Source of the DNA: Longimicrobiales bacterium
Lineage (GTDB): Bacteria > Gemmatimonadota > Gemmatimonadetes > Longimicrobiales > Gaopeijiaceae
NCBI GenBank assembly: GCA_965248195.1
Contig: CBDFIQ010000001.1
Span: forward strand, 192,001-256,000
DNA: 64,000 nucleotides
Reading direction: 5' to 3'
Program-made: the position numbers and the translations under genes
Shown here: positions 30,790-40,332 of the stretch, in pieces
Layout: each line of letters starts with the position of its first letter
Numbering within the stretch: the stretch's first letter is position 1
Notes under the pieces: model-generated
What the model was told of the DNA's origin: nothing
The model's database searches: none
The model's input: the letters and a program-made list of their open reading frames with translations, nothing else

Positions 30790-31866
30790 CTACCGAGGCT
30801 CCTGACCGCTGCCACTCCAGGCGGGCTCTCCCAGCTTCTCGTCGTCTACCCCTTCGGCTTCGTCAACGGTGTCGGGCTCCTCCGGCTCCTCGTCGTCTGC
30901 CGCATCGGCTTCGCTAACCGTCTCGGGCTCTTCCGGACTCTCGTCATCTGCCCCTTCGGCTTCGCTAACCGTGTCGAGCTCTTCCTCCTCTCCATCGACG
31001 GCCTTAGCCTCCTGCGGACCCTCCATCTGGACATTGCTCGGCCGGGTGCCGATATCAATCGCCTGGACTAGAAGCACCAGGTCGGCGTTCAGAACGAAGC
31101 AGCGAGAATCTTCTGACGTGTCGAAGCCGTGTTCTTTCGCCAGGCTACGCATAGAGGGAATCAAAGGGCTGGCTGTCTCGAAGAGCATCTTGGAGTACGT
31201 GTCGGGCAGATCGTCGGAGGAATCCGAGAACGATACGGGCGTGGCTTTCGGGTTGGCGGACAGATGAATATTGAAGAGCATGGCGTTGCCGTCGGATGTC
31301 GACAGGCTCGTGAGAGCGTTCAGCCGATCCGCGGGATTTCCATCGGTCGCCTCGCCATCCGTGATGTGAATGACAATGGGAGGAAAGCCGTCGGGATGTT
31401 CATCGATCCAGCTCTCGAGCACTCGCTTGGCTTCCTCAGCGGCGCGGCACATGGGGGTTCCACCACTGGCAATCGGATCGAGCCAAACGGGTTTCCGGAC
31501 CGACTGCTCCACGAGGCCGCCGGCTCCGTCGGGGATCTTTTTCGTCCGTTCGTCGAGTCGCGCAGGGTTGTCCGCGATCTCGCTGATCGGAATCAGGTCG
31601 CGGCCGGAGATCGGACCCACGAAGCCGGGACCCACCTCCTTCCCGTACCCGATGACTCCCACGTGGTAGTAGTCGCGGATGCCTTCCGACTTCGCGCATT
31701 TGATGGAAAGCTCCTGGAGCCACCGATTGATGCTGTCGGCGACACCCGTGGCCAGCGACTGAGTTTCTTCTCCGAGGGAGACCTCGTCCTCCATTGATTT
31801 CGACTGATCGACCAAGAAAAGAAAACAAGATGGGTTGTCTCGGCTGATTTCGGCTTTGTACGACAT
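30790..31866 (-). CDS. vWA-domain protein with acidic repeat tail
   Basis: MIDAS DQSKSM, GGTP and ITDG motifs; GGAGG RBS. Confidence 0.85.
   Translation of the reverse strand: MSYKAEISRDNPSCFLFLVDQSKSMEDEVSLGEETQSLATGVADSINRWLQELSIKCAKSEGIRDYYHVGVIGYGKEVGPGFVGPISGRDLIPISEIADNPARLDERTKKIPDGAGGLVEQSVRKPVWLDPIASGGTPMCRAAEEAKRVLESWIDEHPDGFPPIVIHITDGEATDGNPADRLNALTSLSTSDGNAMLFNIHLSANPKATPVSFSDSSDDLPDTYSKMLFETASPLIPSMRSLAKEHGFDTSEDSRCFVLNADLVLLVQAIDIGTRPSNVQMEGPQEAKAVDGEEEELDTVSEAEGADDESPEEPETVSEADAADDEEPEEPDTVDEAEGVDDEKLGEPAWSGSGQEPR
30836..30990 (-). repeat. Three 51-bp (17-aa) imperfect tandem repeats in the vWA tail
   Basis: TCGTCRTCT recurs at 30839, 30890 and 30941; unit PEEP(E/D)TVSEAEGADDE. 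Confidence 0.85.
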
Positions 31867-32282
31867 CGATCGCCTCCGTTGAGACCCGTTGGCTTCGGGT
31901 CCATGGTTTGTAGCTCCGCAATGCTGGCCCGCGAAGACCCGTCCAAGGCGTTTTCGTCACGCGAAGGGGGTGTCTTGTGGTCTACTAGAACGATGTCAGC
32001 GGGAGTACGGACGTACAACACTGGAGTTTTCCCCTACAAGCGCAGCCTCGTCCCTTAGCTACTCCAGAGAGCCGCTGGTGCATGGCTCCTGATTTAGGTT
32101 GATGGGACGCAGAGCCCCAGACCCGGAGTCAGCACCCGTCCGACTGAGCTCGTGTCAGCTCCGATGGCCGAAGGCGAGTGAATCGTTGGGTTCCCCCGCG
32201 ACGGAGCGAGCGTCGAGCTGCTCTGACGGCGACTCCTCTACAGCACCCTGCTCACGCCCGAGCGCGATGACCCCATATCGCC

Positions 32283-32299
32283 GTGGGGAAATTCCCCAC
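32283..32299. promoter_or_regulatory. 17-bp palindrome, candidate response-regulator site
   Basis: GTGGGGAA-A-TTCCCCAC, perfect 8-1-8. Confidence 0.6.
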
Positions 32300-33155
32300 A
32301 AATCGCTAGGTAACACGCCCTACAGTGTGCTCTGCGCCATACTCGTATCATTGGGACGTGAAAAATGCTTCGCTCCCCTAGAGCGAAGGACCGGGAGCAC
32401 CTCTCTGGTAGGTAGAGGCTGTAGTTGGCCCGGGGTTCAGAAGGTTGCGTTGCGAGTTGGCGGGACTCCACGTGACTGAATGAGTCCCCGGGCCGCACTT
32501 CTTTTGTGGGACTGAGTAGGAAGTGCCACCGACCGATTGCCCCTGCCCCTCGTATTGGCCGAGGTCGCTCCCGGCGGCCCCAACTCCCGGCCGACGGCTC
32601 GATCTATCGGTCGCGGCCGAGACGCGCGCTAAACGTCGTGAGGGTGATAGACTAGAGTCGGGATCTGAGCGCCCCGAATGACCTTGTCCGTAACGCTGCC
32701 GAGTACGAGCCGGGACACCCCACCTCGTCCGTGCGTGGACATCGCGATGAGATCGGCCCCGGTCTGCTCGGCGAATTGTAAGATCGCCGCGGCTGGCTCC
32801 CTGTCGGTGACGATGTGCCCAGTGGCGGGAATCCCGCGCTCGGTCAGCGTCGACGCCTCTGCTTCCACATTCTCCACGGCTGCGGTCCGACCTCTCTCGA
32901 GCACGTCGGCGTTCACCTGAACCGTGTGAGGGAGGTACGAGGAGGCGTAATCTTTTGGATACGGGTAAACCCTCAGGATGTCGAATTCCGTCTCACCGTT
33001 GCCGGCCAAAGCCACCGCATGAGTGAGAATCGCTTCACTCTCGTCCGAGCCGTCGATCGGAACGAGCACCCTTCGGGGATTGAAGTCCGGCTTGGTCCCG
33101 GGTGCTTCCTCGCAGCGGAACCTGTCAACGACAATGGGACACTCTACGGGATTAA

Positions 33156-34163
33156 TTAGAGAGCAATATCCTGTGTGGTGAGGGAAGGGATGGGAGGATT
33201 GATGTAGACGGCCTCCGGGAGCGGTTTGGGCTTCGGCACACCTGTGACGAAGCGTTCGGGATGAGCGGCCCATGCTTCGCGGAGCACGGATTTCCTGCCG
33301 GCAATGACCTGATCGGCGTTCCCGAAGTGGACCTGCTCGGGGGTTAGCATCGAGATACCGCCATGGCGGTGCTCGGCATTGTACCAGCGGAAGAACGATC
33401 GACACAACGTCTTGGCCTGGCCCTGATCCCCGAACCGCCCGGGAAACGAGGGATGGTACTTCAAGGTTTTGAACTGAGCCTCGGAAAACGGGTTGTCATC
33501 CGACACCTGAGGCCGGCTCAACGAGCGAGTCACGCCGAGGTCAGCGAGAAGTTGAGCGGTGCATTGGCTCGTCATTGGAGCTCCCCGATCCGAGTGCAGG
33601 GTCAGGACCCGGGGCTGGACGCCATGCTTCAGGCAGCTCTGCTGGATCAACCGGCCGGCCAGGGCCGAGTTCTCCCGGTCCGCCACCATCCAGCCCACGA
33701 CGTAGCGGCTGTAGATGTCCATGATGACGTAGAGGTAGTAATAGCTCCACTTCTTCGGCCCGAGTAGCCGCGTGATATCCCAGGACCACACCTGGTTCGG
33801 CGCCGTGGCCATCAACTCGGGCTTCTTGTACTCGGGATGGGTGCGCTGCGCCCGGCGTTCCTGAACCAGCACCTCGGAGGCCAGAACACGATACATCGTG
33901 CGTTCGCTGCACAGGTAGACCTCTTCGTCGAGCAGCGTGGCCACCACCTCGGCGGGTGAGCGGTCCACGAACCGCTCCGAACACAGCGTGTCGAAGACCT
34001 CGCCTCGTTCCGTCTCGCTCAATGCCCGGGCGGGCGTCGGGCGGGGCTGCCGTTGCCCGGTCGATGGGCCTCGACGACGGTAGAACGTCGATCGGGAGAC
34101 CTCGAGAGCCGCGCACGCCGGTTTTACACCGACGTGCTTAGCCAGCTCATCGGCCGCCTTCAA
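33156..34163 (-). CDS. IS3 transposase OrfB
   Basis: WSWDIT, LHSDRG and DNPFSE motifs. Confidence 0.92.
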   Translation of the reverse strand: MKAADELAKHVGVKPACAALEVSRSTFYRRRGPSTGQRQPRPTPARALSETERGEVFDTLCSERFVDRSPAEVVATLLDEEVYLCSERTMYRVLASEVLVQERRAQRTHPEYKKPELMATAPNQVWSWDITRLLGPKKWSYYYLYVIMDIYSRYVVGWMVADRENSALAGRLIQQSCLKHGVQPRVLTLHSDRGAPMTSQCTAQLLADLGVTRSLSRPQVSDDNPFSEAQFKTLKYHPSFPGRFGDQGQAKTLCRSFFRWYNAEHRHGGISMLTPEQVHFGNADQVIAGRKSVLREAWAAHPERFVTGVPKPKPLPEAVYINPPIPSLTTQDIAL

Positions 34164-34609
34164 GAGTTCGTCCCGTCGTCGAGGCTTATCCCCAGCAGCC
34201 CCGCAACTTTTCCCTGCACGTCGATGATCAGGTGTGCCTTCCTGAGCTCATTCTCGAGCCGTGCGTTTTGCCGCTCCAGCTTGCGTACCTTCTCATCCAG
34301 CGGATTCCGCTCCGGCTTGCGGCCGCGTTTCTTCGACAGGGCCTTCAGCGACCCGCTATGCGCCGCCTTGCGCCACGTCGTCAGGTGCGACGAGTACAGG
34401 CCCTCGCGCCGCAGGAGCTGACCCACCTCGCCGGGCTCGGTGCACCGGTCCGCTTCTTCGACGATCCGCAGCTTGTACGATGGACTGAACCGCCGGCGTA
34501 GCGGCCTATCTACTACCTCCGGGTCCGCAGGAGCTGCCGCGCTTCGCTTGGCCTCCCCGATTCCAGGGGCACTACCATTCTCTTCCATTCTCTCTCGCAG
34601 TCCCAACAT
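34160..34609 (-). CDS. IS3 transposase OrfA
   Basis: RRRFS..YK..I and LRREGLYSSHL..WR motifs. Confidence 0.88.
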   Translation of the reverse strand: MLGLRERMEENGSAPGIGEAKRSAAAPADPEVVDRPLRRRFSPSYKLRIVEEADRCTEPGEVGQLLRREGLYSSHLTTWRKAAHSGSLKALSKKRGRKPERNPLDEKVRKLERQNARLENELRKAHLIIDVQGKVAGLLGISLDDGTNS

Positions 34610-35280
34610 GTTCGTTTTCTCTGCCTTCGCCCTACTCTAATTCTTTGCGTGCTCCGTGTCTCACGTACGTTGGCAGAGAGGGCAGGGGCGCAGGAGCAGA
34701 ATGGGGATCGTGGACCGGCGTATGAGGCCGTCCGCCGTGCTCCCCAGCCAGAACCGCGACATCGGACCCCGCCCGTGCGTGGCCATAGCGACGAGATCGA
34801 CACCTCGTGCGGCTGCATGGTTCTGAATCGCCTCGGCCGGAGACCCTTTGAGCACTGTGGCGCGAACGGTGAAGCCGGCCTCTCTGTGGACTCGTTCGGC
34901 CACCTCCTCAACGTATTGTTCGAACCATCCGTATGAGGGCAACTCCAAGAGGTCGTGGGCCAACATAGATGGATCCGTCTGAACGGTGACGATCTCCAGT
35001 TGGGCTTTCCAACGGCGTGCGATCGTGAGTGCCGACGGGAGCGCAGACTCGGAGAACTCGGATCCGTCCAAAGGCACGAGAACGAGGTGCGACATGACTA
35101 ACCTCCTTTCAAGAGACGAGGCCCGCGGTTTTCTGGGCGATGCTACAACCGCACTCGAAGGCAAACGGGACGCCTCTGTCAGGTTTTGCTGCACCACGCC
35201 TCCCTCCCGGCTACCTTAGGCTTTCGCTTAAGTTGCGGGCCCATCCGACGCGAGTCTGTCGGGATTCGGCGGAAGCCCCT

Positions 35281-35297
35281 GTGGGGAGTTTCTCCAC
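35281..35297. promoter_or_regulatory. 17-bp palindrome between the divergent usp and sensor kinase genes
   Basis: GTGGGGAG-T-TTCTCCAC. Confidence 0.6.
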
Positions 35298-35331
35298 CAT
35301 CACGGCGTCAGGCGCGAAGGAGAAGAAGCGC

Positions 35332-36390
35332 GTGAGCGACGGACCCTCCGCAGAGGAGTCGGTGTCCAGCACGGTGCTCGACTATCGGGCCGTGTTCGAG
35401 TCTGCGCCGGACGGGATCGTTGTCGTTAACGACGAGGGTCGAATTGTCGAGGTGAATCCGTGTGTTTTGAAACAGTTCGGATACACCGCGGGGGAGCTGA
35501 TCGGTGAACCGGTGGAGATTCTGGTGCCTGAATCCCAGCGCCGGGCGCATGAGCGGTATCGGGGCCGCTTTCAGGCCGAGCCGGCTTCTCGACCGATGGG
35601 AGCGGGACTCGTTCTGGTCGGCCGACGGAAGGATGGAAGTGGGTTTCCCGTGGAGATCAGTCTGAGCCCCTGGAAGACGAACGACGGGGACTTCGTGATC
35701 GGAGTGATCCGAGATCAGACAGAGCGCTCGCAGCTCCGCGCCTTCGGACGGGAGGCTCTGAGGGCGGCGGAGGAAGAACGCAGTCGCATTTCCCGAGAGC
35801 TCCACGATGACACCGCTCAACGACTCGCAGCGCTCCTCGTCCATCTTCGTCTCATTGGGCTGGAAGAGGCCGGTAAACGCCGCACGGCAATGATGGAGGC
35901 GCTCAGGGAGGGGCTCCAGGAGGCGGCCGAGGGGGTAAGGCGAATCGCGCGTGGCCTGAGACCTCCCGCACTGGAGGACGCGGGCGTCGTGGCGGCGTTA
36001 CAAGCTCACATCCGTGATTTGTTCGAGAACCAAACGATACGAACGTCCTTCGATGCGGGCGCCGTGGACCAACTCCTCAACGAGGATGGGAAGCTGGTTT
36101 TGTACCGGGTAGTGCAGGAGGCTCTTTCGAACGTCGTGCGGCACTCGAGGGCTACAGTGGTGAATGTTACCGTCCATGCGGAAGGGAGTGCAGTCGTCGC
36201 CGTGGTGGAGGACGACGGCGACGGGTTCGACGGCAGGACGGTCGGCGAGGGGGCTGGACTCGGCCTGCTGGGGATGAAAGAACGGGCTGCCAGCGCCAGC
36301 GGTTCGGTGCTGGTCGAGAGCGCACCGGGAAGTGGGACGCGAGTTCAACTCAGAATTCCACAAAAGCCTGGAGAGGGGATGGATGGCTGA
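35332..36390 (+). CDS. Cytoplasmic PAS sensor histidine kinase (FixL-like PAS + HisKA_3)
   Basis: PAS with H..Y...F and RKDGS.FPVEISL; ER.RISRELHD; QEALSN..RH; GLGL.GM.ER; AGGAG RBS. Confidence 0.9.
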   Translation: MSDGPSAEESVSSTVLDYRAVFESAPDGIVVVNDEGRIVEVNPCVLKQFGYTAGELIGEPVEILVPESQRRAHERYRGRFQAEPASRPMGAGLVLVGRRKDGSGFPVEISLSPWKTNDGDFVIGVIRDQTERSQLRAFGREALRAAEEERSRISRELHDDTAQRLAALLVHLRLIGLEEAGKRRTAMMEALREGLQEAAEGVRRIARGLRPPALEDAGVVAALQAHIRDLFENQTIRTSFDAGAVDQLLNEDGKLVLYRVVQEALSNVVRHSRATVVNVTVHAEGSAVVAVVEDDGDGFDGRTVGEGAGLGLLGMKERAASASGSVLVESAPGSGTRVQLRIPQKPGEGMDG

Positions 36391-37036
36391 GACCACAAGG
36401 ATATTGATCGCGGACGACCACGCCATGTTTCGTGCGGGTATTCGTGCGCTCCTCGAGAGTGAGCCTTTGTTGGAAGTCGTGGGGGAAGTTTCTACGGGAG
36501 ACGACGCGGTCGATCAGGCGCGAATCCTCAAGCCGCATGTGGTGCTCATGGATCTCTCGATGCCGGGGTCGAGCGGACTCGAGGCGACACGCAGAATCGC
36601 AGCCTTGAACTTGGATACCAAAATTCTCGTGCTGACGGCGCATGCGGAAGAGGAATACCTCGTGCCGGTCGTGGACGCCGGCGCGAGTGGTTATCTCACC
36701 AAGAACAGCGCCGACACCGACTTGATCGAGGCCGTGAAGGTGGTGGCCAGAGGACAGGTCTATCTACCTCCGAAGGCCGCCACTCTCCTCCTGAAGCGCT
36801 ACAAGGTGTCCGATGAGGGGGACGACCCAGGTCTGCATAGCTTGAGCTCCCGAGAGCAGGAAGTGCTCGCGCTTACTGCAGAGGGCTTCAGCTCGCGGGA
36901 GATCGGAAAGAAGCTGTTCATCTCTCCGAAGACGGTCGACACCTACCGGGCAAGAATCACGGAAAAGCTGGGATTGACCCACCGATCCGAGTTGGTGCGG
37001 TTCGCTTTGCGGGTGGGACTACTCTCCGAGCTGTAG
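36383..37036 (+). CDS. NarL/NreC-family response regulator
   Basis: ADDH, MDLSMP, LSSREQEVL and ISPKTVDTYR motifs. Confidence 0.93.
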   Translation: MAETTRILIADDHAMFRAGIRALLESEPLLEVVGEVSTGDDAVDQARILKPHVVLMDLSMPGSSGLEATRRIAALNLDTKILVLTAHAEEEYLVPVVDAGASGYLTKNSADTDLIEAVKVVARGQVYLPPKAATLLLKRYKVSDEGDDPGLHSLSSREQEVLALTAEGFSSREIGKKLFISPKTVDTYRARITEKLGLTHRSELVRFALRVGLLSEL

Positions 37037-37073
37037 CTCAGCAGAGCTGCGGTCCAGTGGGCATCTCGGATAG

Positions 37074-37098
37074 ACGGGGACCGACGGTCGGTCCCCGT
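37074..37098. terminator. Hairpin between the convergent regulator and nirK genes
   Basis: ACGGGGACCGA-CGG-TCGGTCCCCGT, 11-bp perfect stem. Confidence 0.6.
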
Positions 37099-37113
37099 GT
37101 CTCGAGAGGCCCG

Positions 37114-38181
37114 CTAATCCGTGATCAGTCTCGGGTCGGCGTTGAAGATCAGCGGCCGGTCGTCCCCGGTCACCTCGATCAGGCCCAGGGCTCCCTTGTC
37201 GGTGGCCCGAAAAATGGAGTGGTCCACCATGATGAAGGTGCCGGGCACTTCCACCCTGAACTCGGCGATCGTCGCACCACCCGCGGGGACAAGCGTCGTC
37301 TGCACGTTGTGAGTGGGGGTGGACCCGCCCTCCGTGTACACATTGTCGAAGATCTCCCCGATCACGTGGAAGCTGGACACGAGGTTCGGTCCGCCATTCC
37401 CGACGAACAGCCGGATGGTCTCACCCGTCTTCGCGGTCAGCGCCCCATCTCCCTTGAGTGACCCGACCGCACCGTTGAAGACCACGTAGGTGGGGTTCTC
37501 CGCGAGTGCTTTTTGGTAGCTGAAGGCCTGGTGGCCCTTCTCGCCGACACTGCCCTGCGTGTAGAACTCACCCTGCATCACGTAGTACTCGTGGTCCACC
37601 GGTTCGAGACCGCCCTCGGGCTCGACGAGGATCAAGCCGTACATCCCGTTGGCGATGTGCATCCCGATGGAGGGCGTGGCGCAGTGGTAGACGTAGAGTC
37701 CGGGATTCATGGCGGTGAAGCTGAACACGGATTCGTTGCCTGGCATGGTGAAGGTGGCCTTGGCCCCGCCGCCCGGACCGGTCACTGCGTGTAGGTCGAT
37801 GTTGTGCGGAACGATGCTGGTTTCGTGATTTCGGAGGTGGAATTCCACCAGGTCGCCCTCACGGACCCGTAGGAAGTTGCCGGGTACGGTCCCACCGAAG
37901 GTCCAGAACGTGTAGTCCACTCCGTCGGCGATCGGCCTGGTGGTCTCCACGACCTCCAGATTGATGACCACCTTGGTGGCGTGGTCTCGTGTGATCGGCG
38001 GGGGAAGGTTCGGGGGCGCCACGAGAACTGCCGCTTCTACTCCGCGGATCTCCGGCGTGGTGCGAACCGGGATGGTGGCGTCGTCGCTTGAAGGGATAAG
38101 GATCGCTCCAGCCGCTAAGGCGATCAGGCCGATGGCAGCGAGCGTCTTCTGTATAGGGCCAGTATGGCTTTTCGTGCTCAT
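37114..38181 (-). CDS. nirK: Copper-containing nitrite reductase (AniA/class II type)
   Basis: [12 protein letters not shown]......MHIANGM, SSFHVIG and VDH Cu ligands; signal peptide after ATG 38181. Confidence 0.93.
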   Translation of the reverse strand: MSTKSHTGPIQKTLAAIGLIALAAGAILIPSSDDATIPVRTTPEIRGVEAAVLVAPPNLPPPITRDHATKVVINLEVVETTRPIADGVDYTFWTFGGTVPGNFLRVREGDLVEFHLRNHETSIVPHNIDLHAVTGPGGGAKATFTMPGNESVFSFTAMNPGLYVYHCATPSIGMHIANGMYGLILVEPEGGLEPVDHEYYVMQGEFYTQGSVGEKGHQAFSYQKALAENPTYVVFNGAVGSLKGDGALTAKTGETIRLFVGNGGPNLVSSFHVIGEIFDNVYTEGGSTPTHNVQTTLVPAGGATIAEFRVEVPGTFIMVDHSIFRATDKGALGLIEVTGDDRPLIFNADPRLITD

Positions 38182-38337
38182 GGTTTCATCTCCCTCGGTT
38201 ATTCGGCGGTTTTTCGAAAACATCGGATCGTCAGTGAAGGAATATTGATTTGTGCATGTGTATAAGATTGCCCAGGGAGGGTTTTTTCGAAGTCGGGAAA
38301 AGGGGTGTGGAGGATGTAGTCGAGTCGGGCACGGCGC

Positions 38338-38354
38338 GTAGGGAGTTTCCCTAT
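38338..38354. promoter_or_regulatory. 17-bp palindrome upstream of nirK
   Basis: GTAGGGAG-T-TTCCCTAT. Confidence 0.6.
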
Positions 38355-38394
38355 GGTTGGTGGAACCCATCCCGGATGTTCGTGCTCGATGAGG

Positions 38395-38474
38395 TCGCCT
38401 TCTCGCGGTCGTTGTCCCGTATTCCGCGGATGCCGTCGCCCTCCTCGAACCCATGAGGCCGGCCCGGAATCTTG
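38395..38474 (-). repeat. Internally deleted copy of part of the porin gene
   Basis: 38395-38446 matches 40809-40860 (51/52); 38447-38469 matches 40978-41000 (23/23). Confidence 0.9.
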
Positions 38475-38481
38475 CGGCTCC

Positions 38482-39705
38482 TCAGAAAACGACGCTCGTC
38501 ATCACATAGGTGAACGTGTAGTGCCCTTCGTCACGGCCGATGTCGGCCAGGCCACGGCGACCCCATACATATGACAATCCGCCGGTCAGCTTCAGCGCGG
38601 AGTTGACGTCATAGGAGAGCGTGATGTCGATCTCCTCGGCCAACCTTGCCGTCCCGAGCCCACTCCCCTCCGCCACCCGGAAGGCGTGAAAATCTGCTCC
38701 GATGCTCATCCCGGCGGGAGCGTCGAGGCTCCATTTCAGCGCGAGGTCCCGCAGGCCCCTTCCTCCGGTGTCCCTGGGGATGTTCAGGAACAGGTCGGCG
38801 AAGCCGTAGAACTTGTGGTTCGTGGCGAAGAGGGTCTCGAAGGCTCGGATGGTGCCGTCGCTTGGGACGGCGTCCCCCGACAAGTGGTCATACCAGAGTG
38901 ATAGATCGCCGAACGGCTGGGGCAGTGCATGCCCCAGGCGTATCCCGAACATCCAGGCGCGCACCCGCTTGCCGGATCGCTGACCGAGCTGTGCCGCGCC
39001 TTCCACGCGATAAGCCAGGGACCCGAGCCTCCCGTGTGTGCGCAGACCGGAAGTCCACTGGTGCGTGTCGGCGGGACGCGACCGCGAGAGGAATCCGAAC
39101 GTGTCCAGGTTGTGGCTGCCCCCGGATGCGACGGCATAGACACCGAGGAGAGACGAGTCCCCCACCCGGTCGCCGGCTCCTTCGGTCAGTTGGGCGCCGA
39201 ACACGTCGATGGTGAGGGCAGGGGTCCGAAGCGTAGTCCGGACCGCATCGAAAGAGCGGCCCTGCTGTGCCCACCCCACCGCACCGATCAGTCGCTCACC
39301 CGCGAAGGCGATCTCCTGCCGTCCGATGCGGGCCGACCATTGCTCGTTCAGGGTCACGTCAAAGAATCCTTGATGGAGGTCCAGGTTGTCGGCGCTGAAG
39401 TCGGCCAGAGTGCTCTGCTCCTCCCCCCATGTCCGCACGTCCTGGAACTCGGCGACGATTCTGACGGGTGGCTCCGGACGTGCTTCGACCCTGATCCGGA
39501 GGCGCATCGTCGTCAGTTCATACGACGGCCGGACGGGTGCGGTGTGCGTCTCGACACGCGGCCGGATCTGACCGCTCACCGAGATCTCTTGACCAGCCAT
39601 CCCAGGCGGGAGGCCGGCCATTAGCAGGCCAAGCAGCAAAGCTCGCCGGAGCGACACTGAGTAATGCCCCGGAGTCCTCGACTGTCCGACGACTTGATTC
39701 GCCAT
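38482..39705 (-). CDS. Alginate-export (AlgE-like) family outer-membrane barrel
   Basis: IRPR.E, QDVR.WG, GRQE...GERLIG.VGW.Q.GRSFD and TNHKFYG..D motifs; C-terminal Phe. Confidence 0.85.
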   Translation of the reverse strand: MANQVVGQSRTPGHYSVSLRRALLLGLLMAGLPPGMAGQEISVSGQIRPRVETHTAPVRPSYELTTMRLRIRVEARPEPPVRIVAEFQDVRTWGEEQSTLADFSADNLDLHQGFFDVTLNEQWSARIGRQEIAFAGERLIGAVGWAQQGRSFDAVRTTLRTPALTIDVFGAQLTEGAGDRVGDSSLLGVYAVASGGSHNLDTFGFLSRSRPADTHQWTSGLRTHGRLGSLAYRVEGAAQLGQRSGKRVRAWMFGIRLGHALPQPFGDLSLWYDHLSGDAVPSDGTIRAFETLFATNHKFYGFADLFLNIPRDTGGRGLRDLALKWSLDAPAGMSIGADFHAFRVAEGSGLGTARLAEEIDITLSYDVNSALKLTGGLSYVWGRRGLADIGRDEGHYTFTYVMTSVVF

Positions 39706-39708
39706 CGC

Positions 39709-40314
39709 TCAACGGTTCACTTCGCCCAGCTCCAGTAGGTAGCCGGCTAGCGCCCAGATCTCCTCCACAGAAATCGCACCGGCGAACGGCGGCATCGCGT
39801 TCTTACCATCCGTGATCGCAGCGACTACCTGGTCGAGGGTTCGTGAGGTGGCGAAGGCTGTGTCGGTGAAGTCGGTGGGCTTGGGATTATAGGCTACCGC
39901 CGCGACCCCGTCCCCCTTGCCGGACGCACCGTGACACACTTTGCACTGGCTCTTGTATACATCGGCCGGCTCCGTCACGCCCGGAGCGACTTCGATGAGG
40001 CTGGCGACCCGGATGATCTCCGCCTGTTCGAGTTCCTCGAGTGCGGCCACTCTGCGCGCGGTACTCTTGAGAAAATCGATGACCGCGGTAGCCTCCGCCG
40101 AGGTCAACCGGGCGGTGATCGCCATGTGCAGGCCGATGTCCTCCCAGGCCTTCGCGTCGTAGCGATTCGTCGGTTGGATGAGGTGACACCTGCCACAGTT
40201 AGCTCCCCAAATCTCAGCGCCGGCCCGTTGACCCTCGAGGGGTGACACGAGGGCTATCGCGGTCACTATCAGCAGTCCTAGGGCTTTCACACCCGAGATG
40301 ACATTGTGATACAT
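39709..40314 (-). CDS. Dihaem c-type cytochrome
   Basis: Signal peptide; CGRCH and CKVCH, each followed by a distal Met candidate. Confidence 0.88.
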   Translation of the reverse strand: MYHNVISGVKALGLLIVTAIALVSPLEGQRAGAEIWGANCGRCHLIQPTNRYDAKAWEDIGLHMAITARLTSAEATAVIDFLKSTARRVAALEELEQAEIIRVASLIEVAPGVTEPADVYKSQCKVCHGASGKGDGVAAVAYNPKPTDFTDTAFATSRTLDQVVAAITDGKNAMPPFAGAISVEEIWALAGYLLELGEVNR

Positions 40315-40332
40315 GATTGGCTCCTTCTTCCC

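Larger units (their letters stand above)
33116..34681 (-). mobile_element. IS3-family element with subterminal IRs
   Basis: IRs at 33123-33142 and 34656-34675; GCAG direct repeat at 33112-33115 and 34682-34685. Confidence 0.85.
32629..35095 (-). pseudogene. Tandem-domain universal stress protein split by IS3
   Basis: VLVPLDGS...MATHGRG and VLVPIDGS...MSTHGRG halves; removing the IS restores 298 aa. Confidence 0.9.

Noticed and set aside
32020..32040. Sixth copy of the 17-bp palindrome (CTGGAGTTTTCCCCTAC)
   Set aside because: Only one good half-site and a shifted register.
32041..32280. Structured ncRNA/riboswitch upstream of the vWA triad
   Set aside because: Only short GC hairpins and no family I recognise; a covariance search would be needed.
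38240..38265. FNR box upstream of nirK
   Set aside because: TTGAT is present but there is no ATCAA at the N4 spacing.
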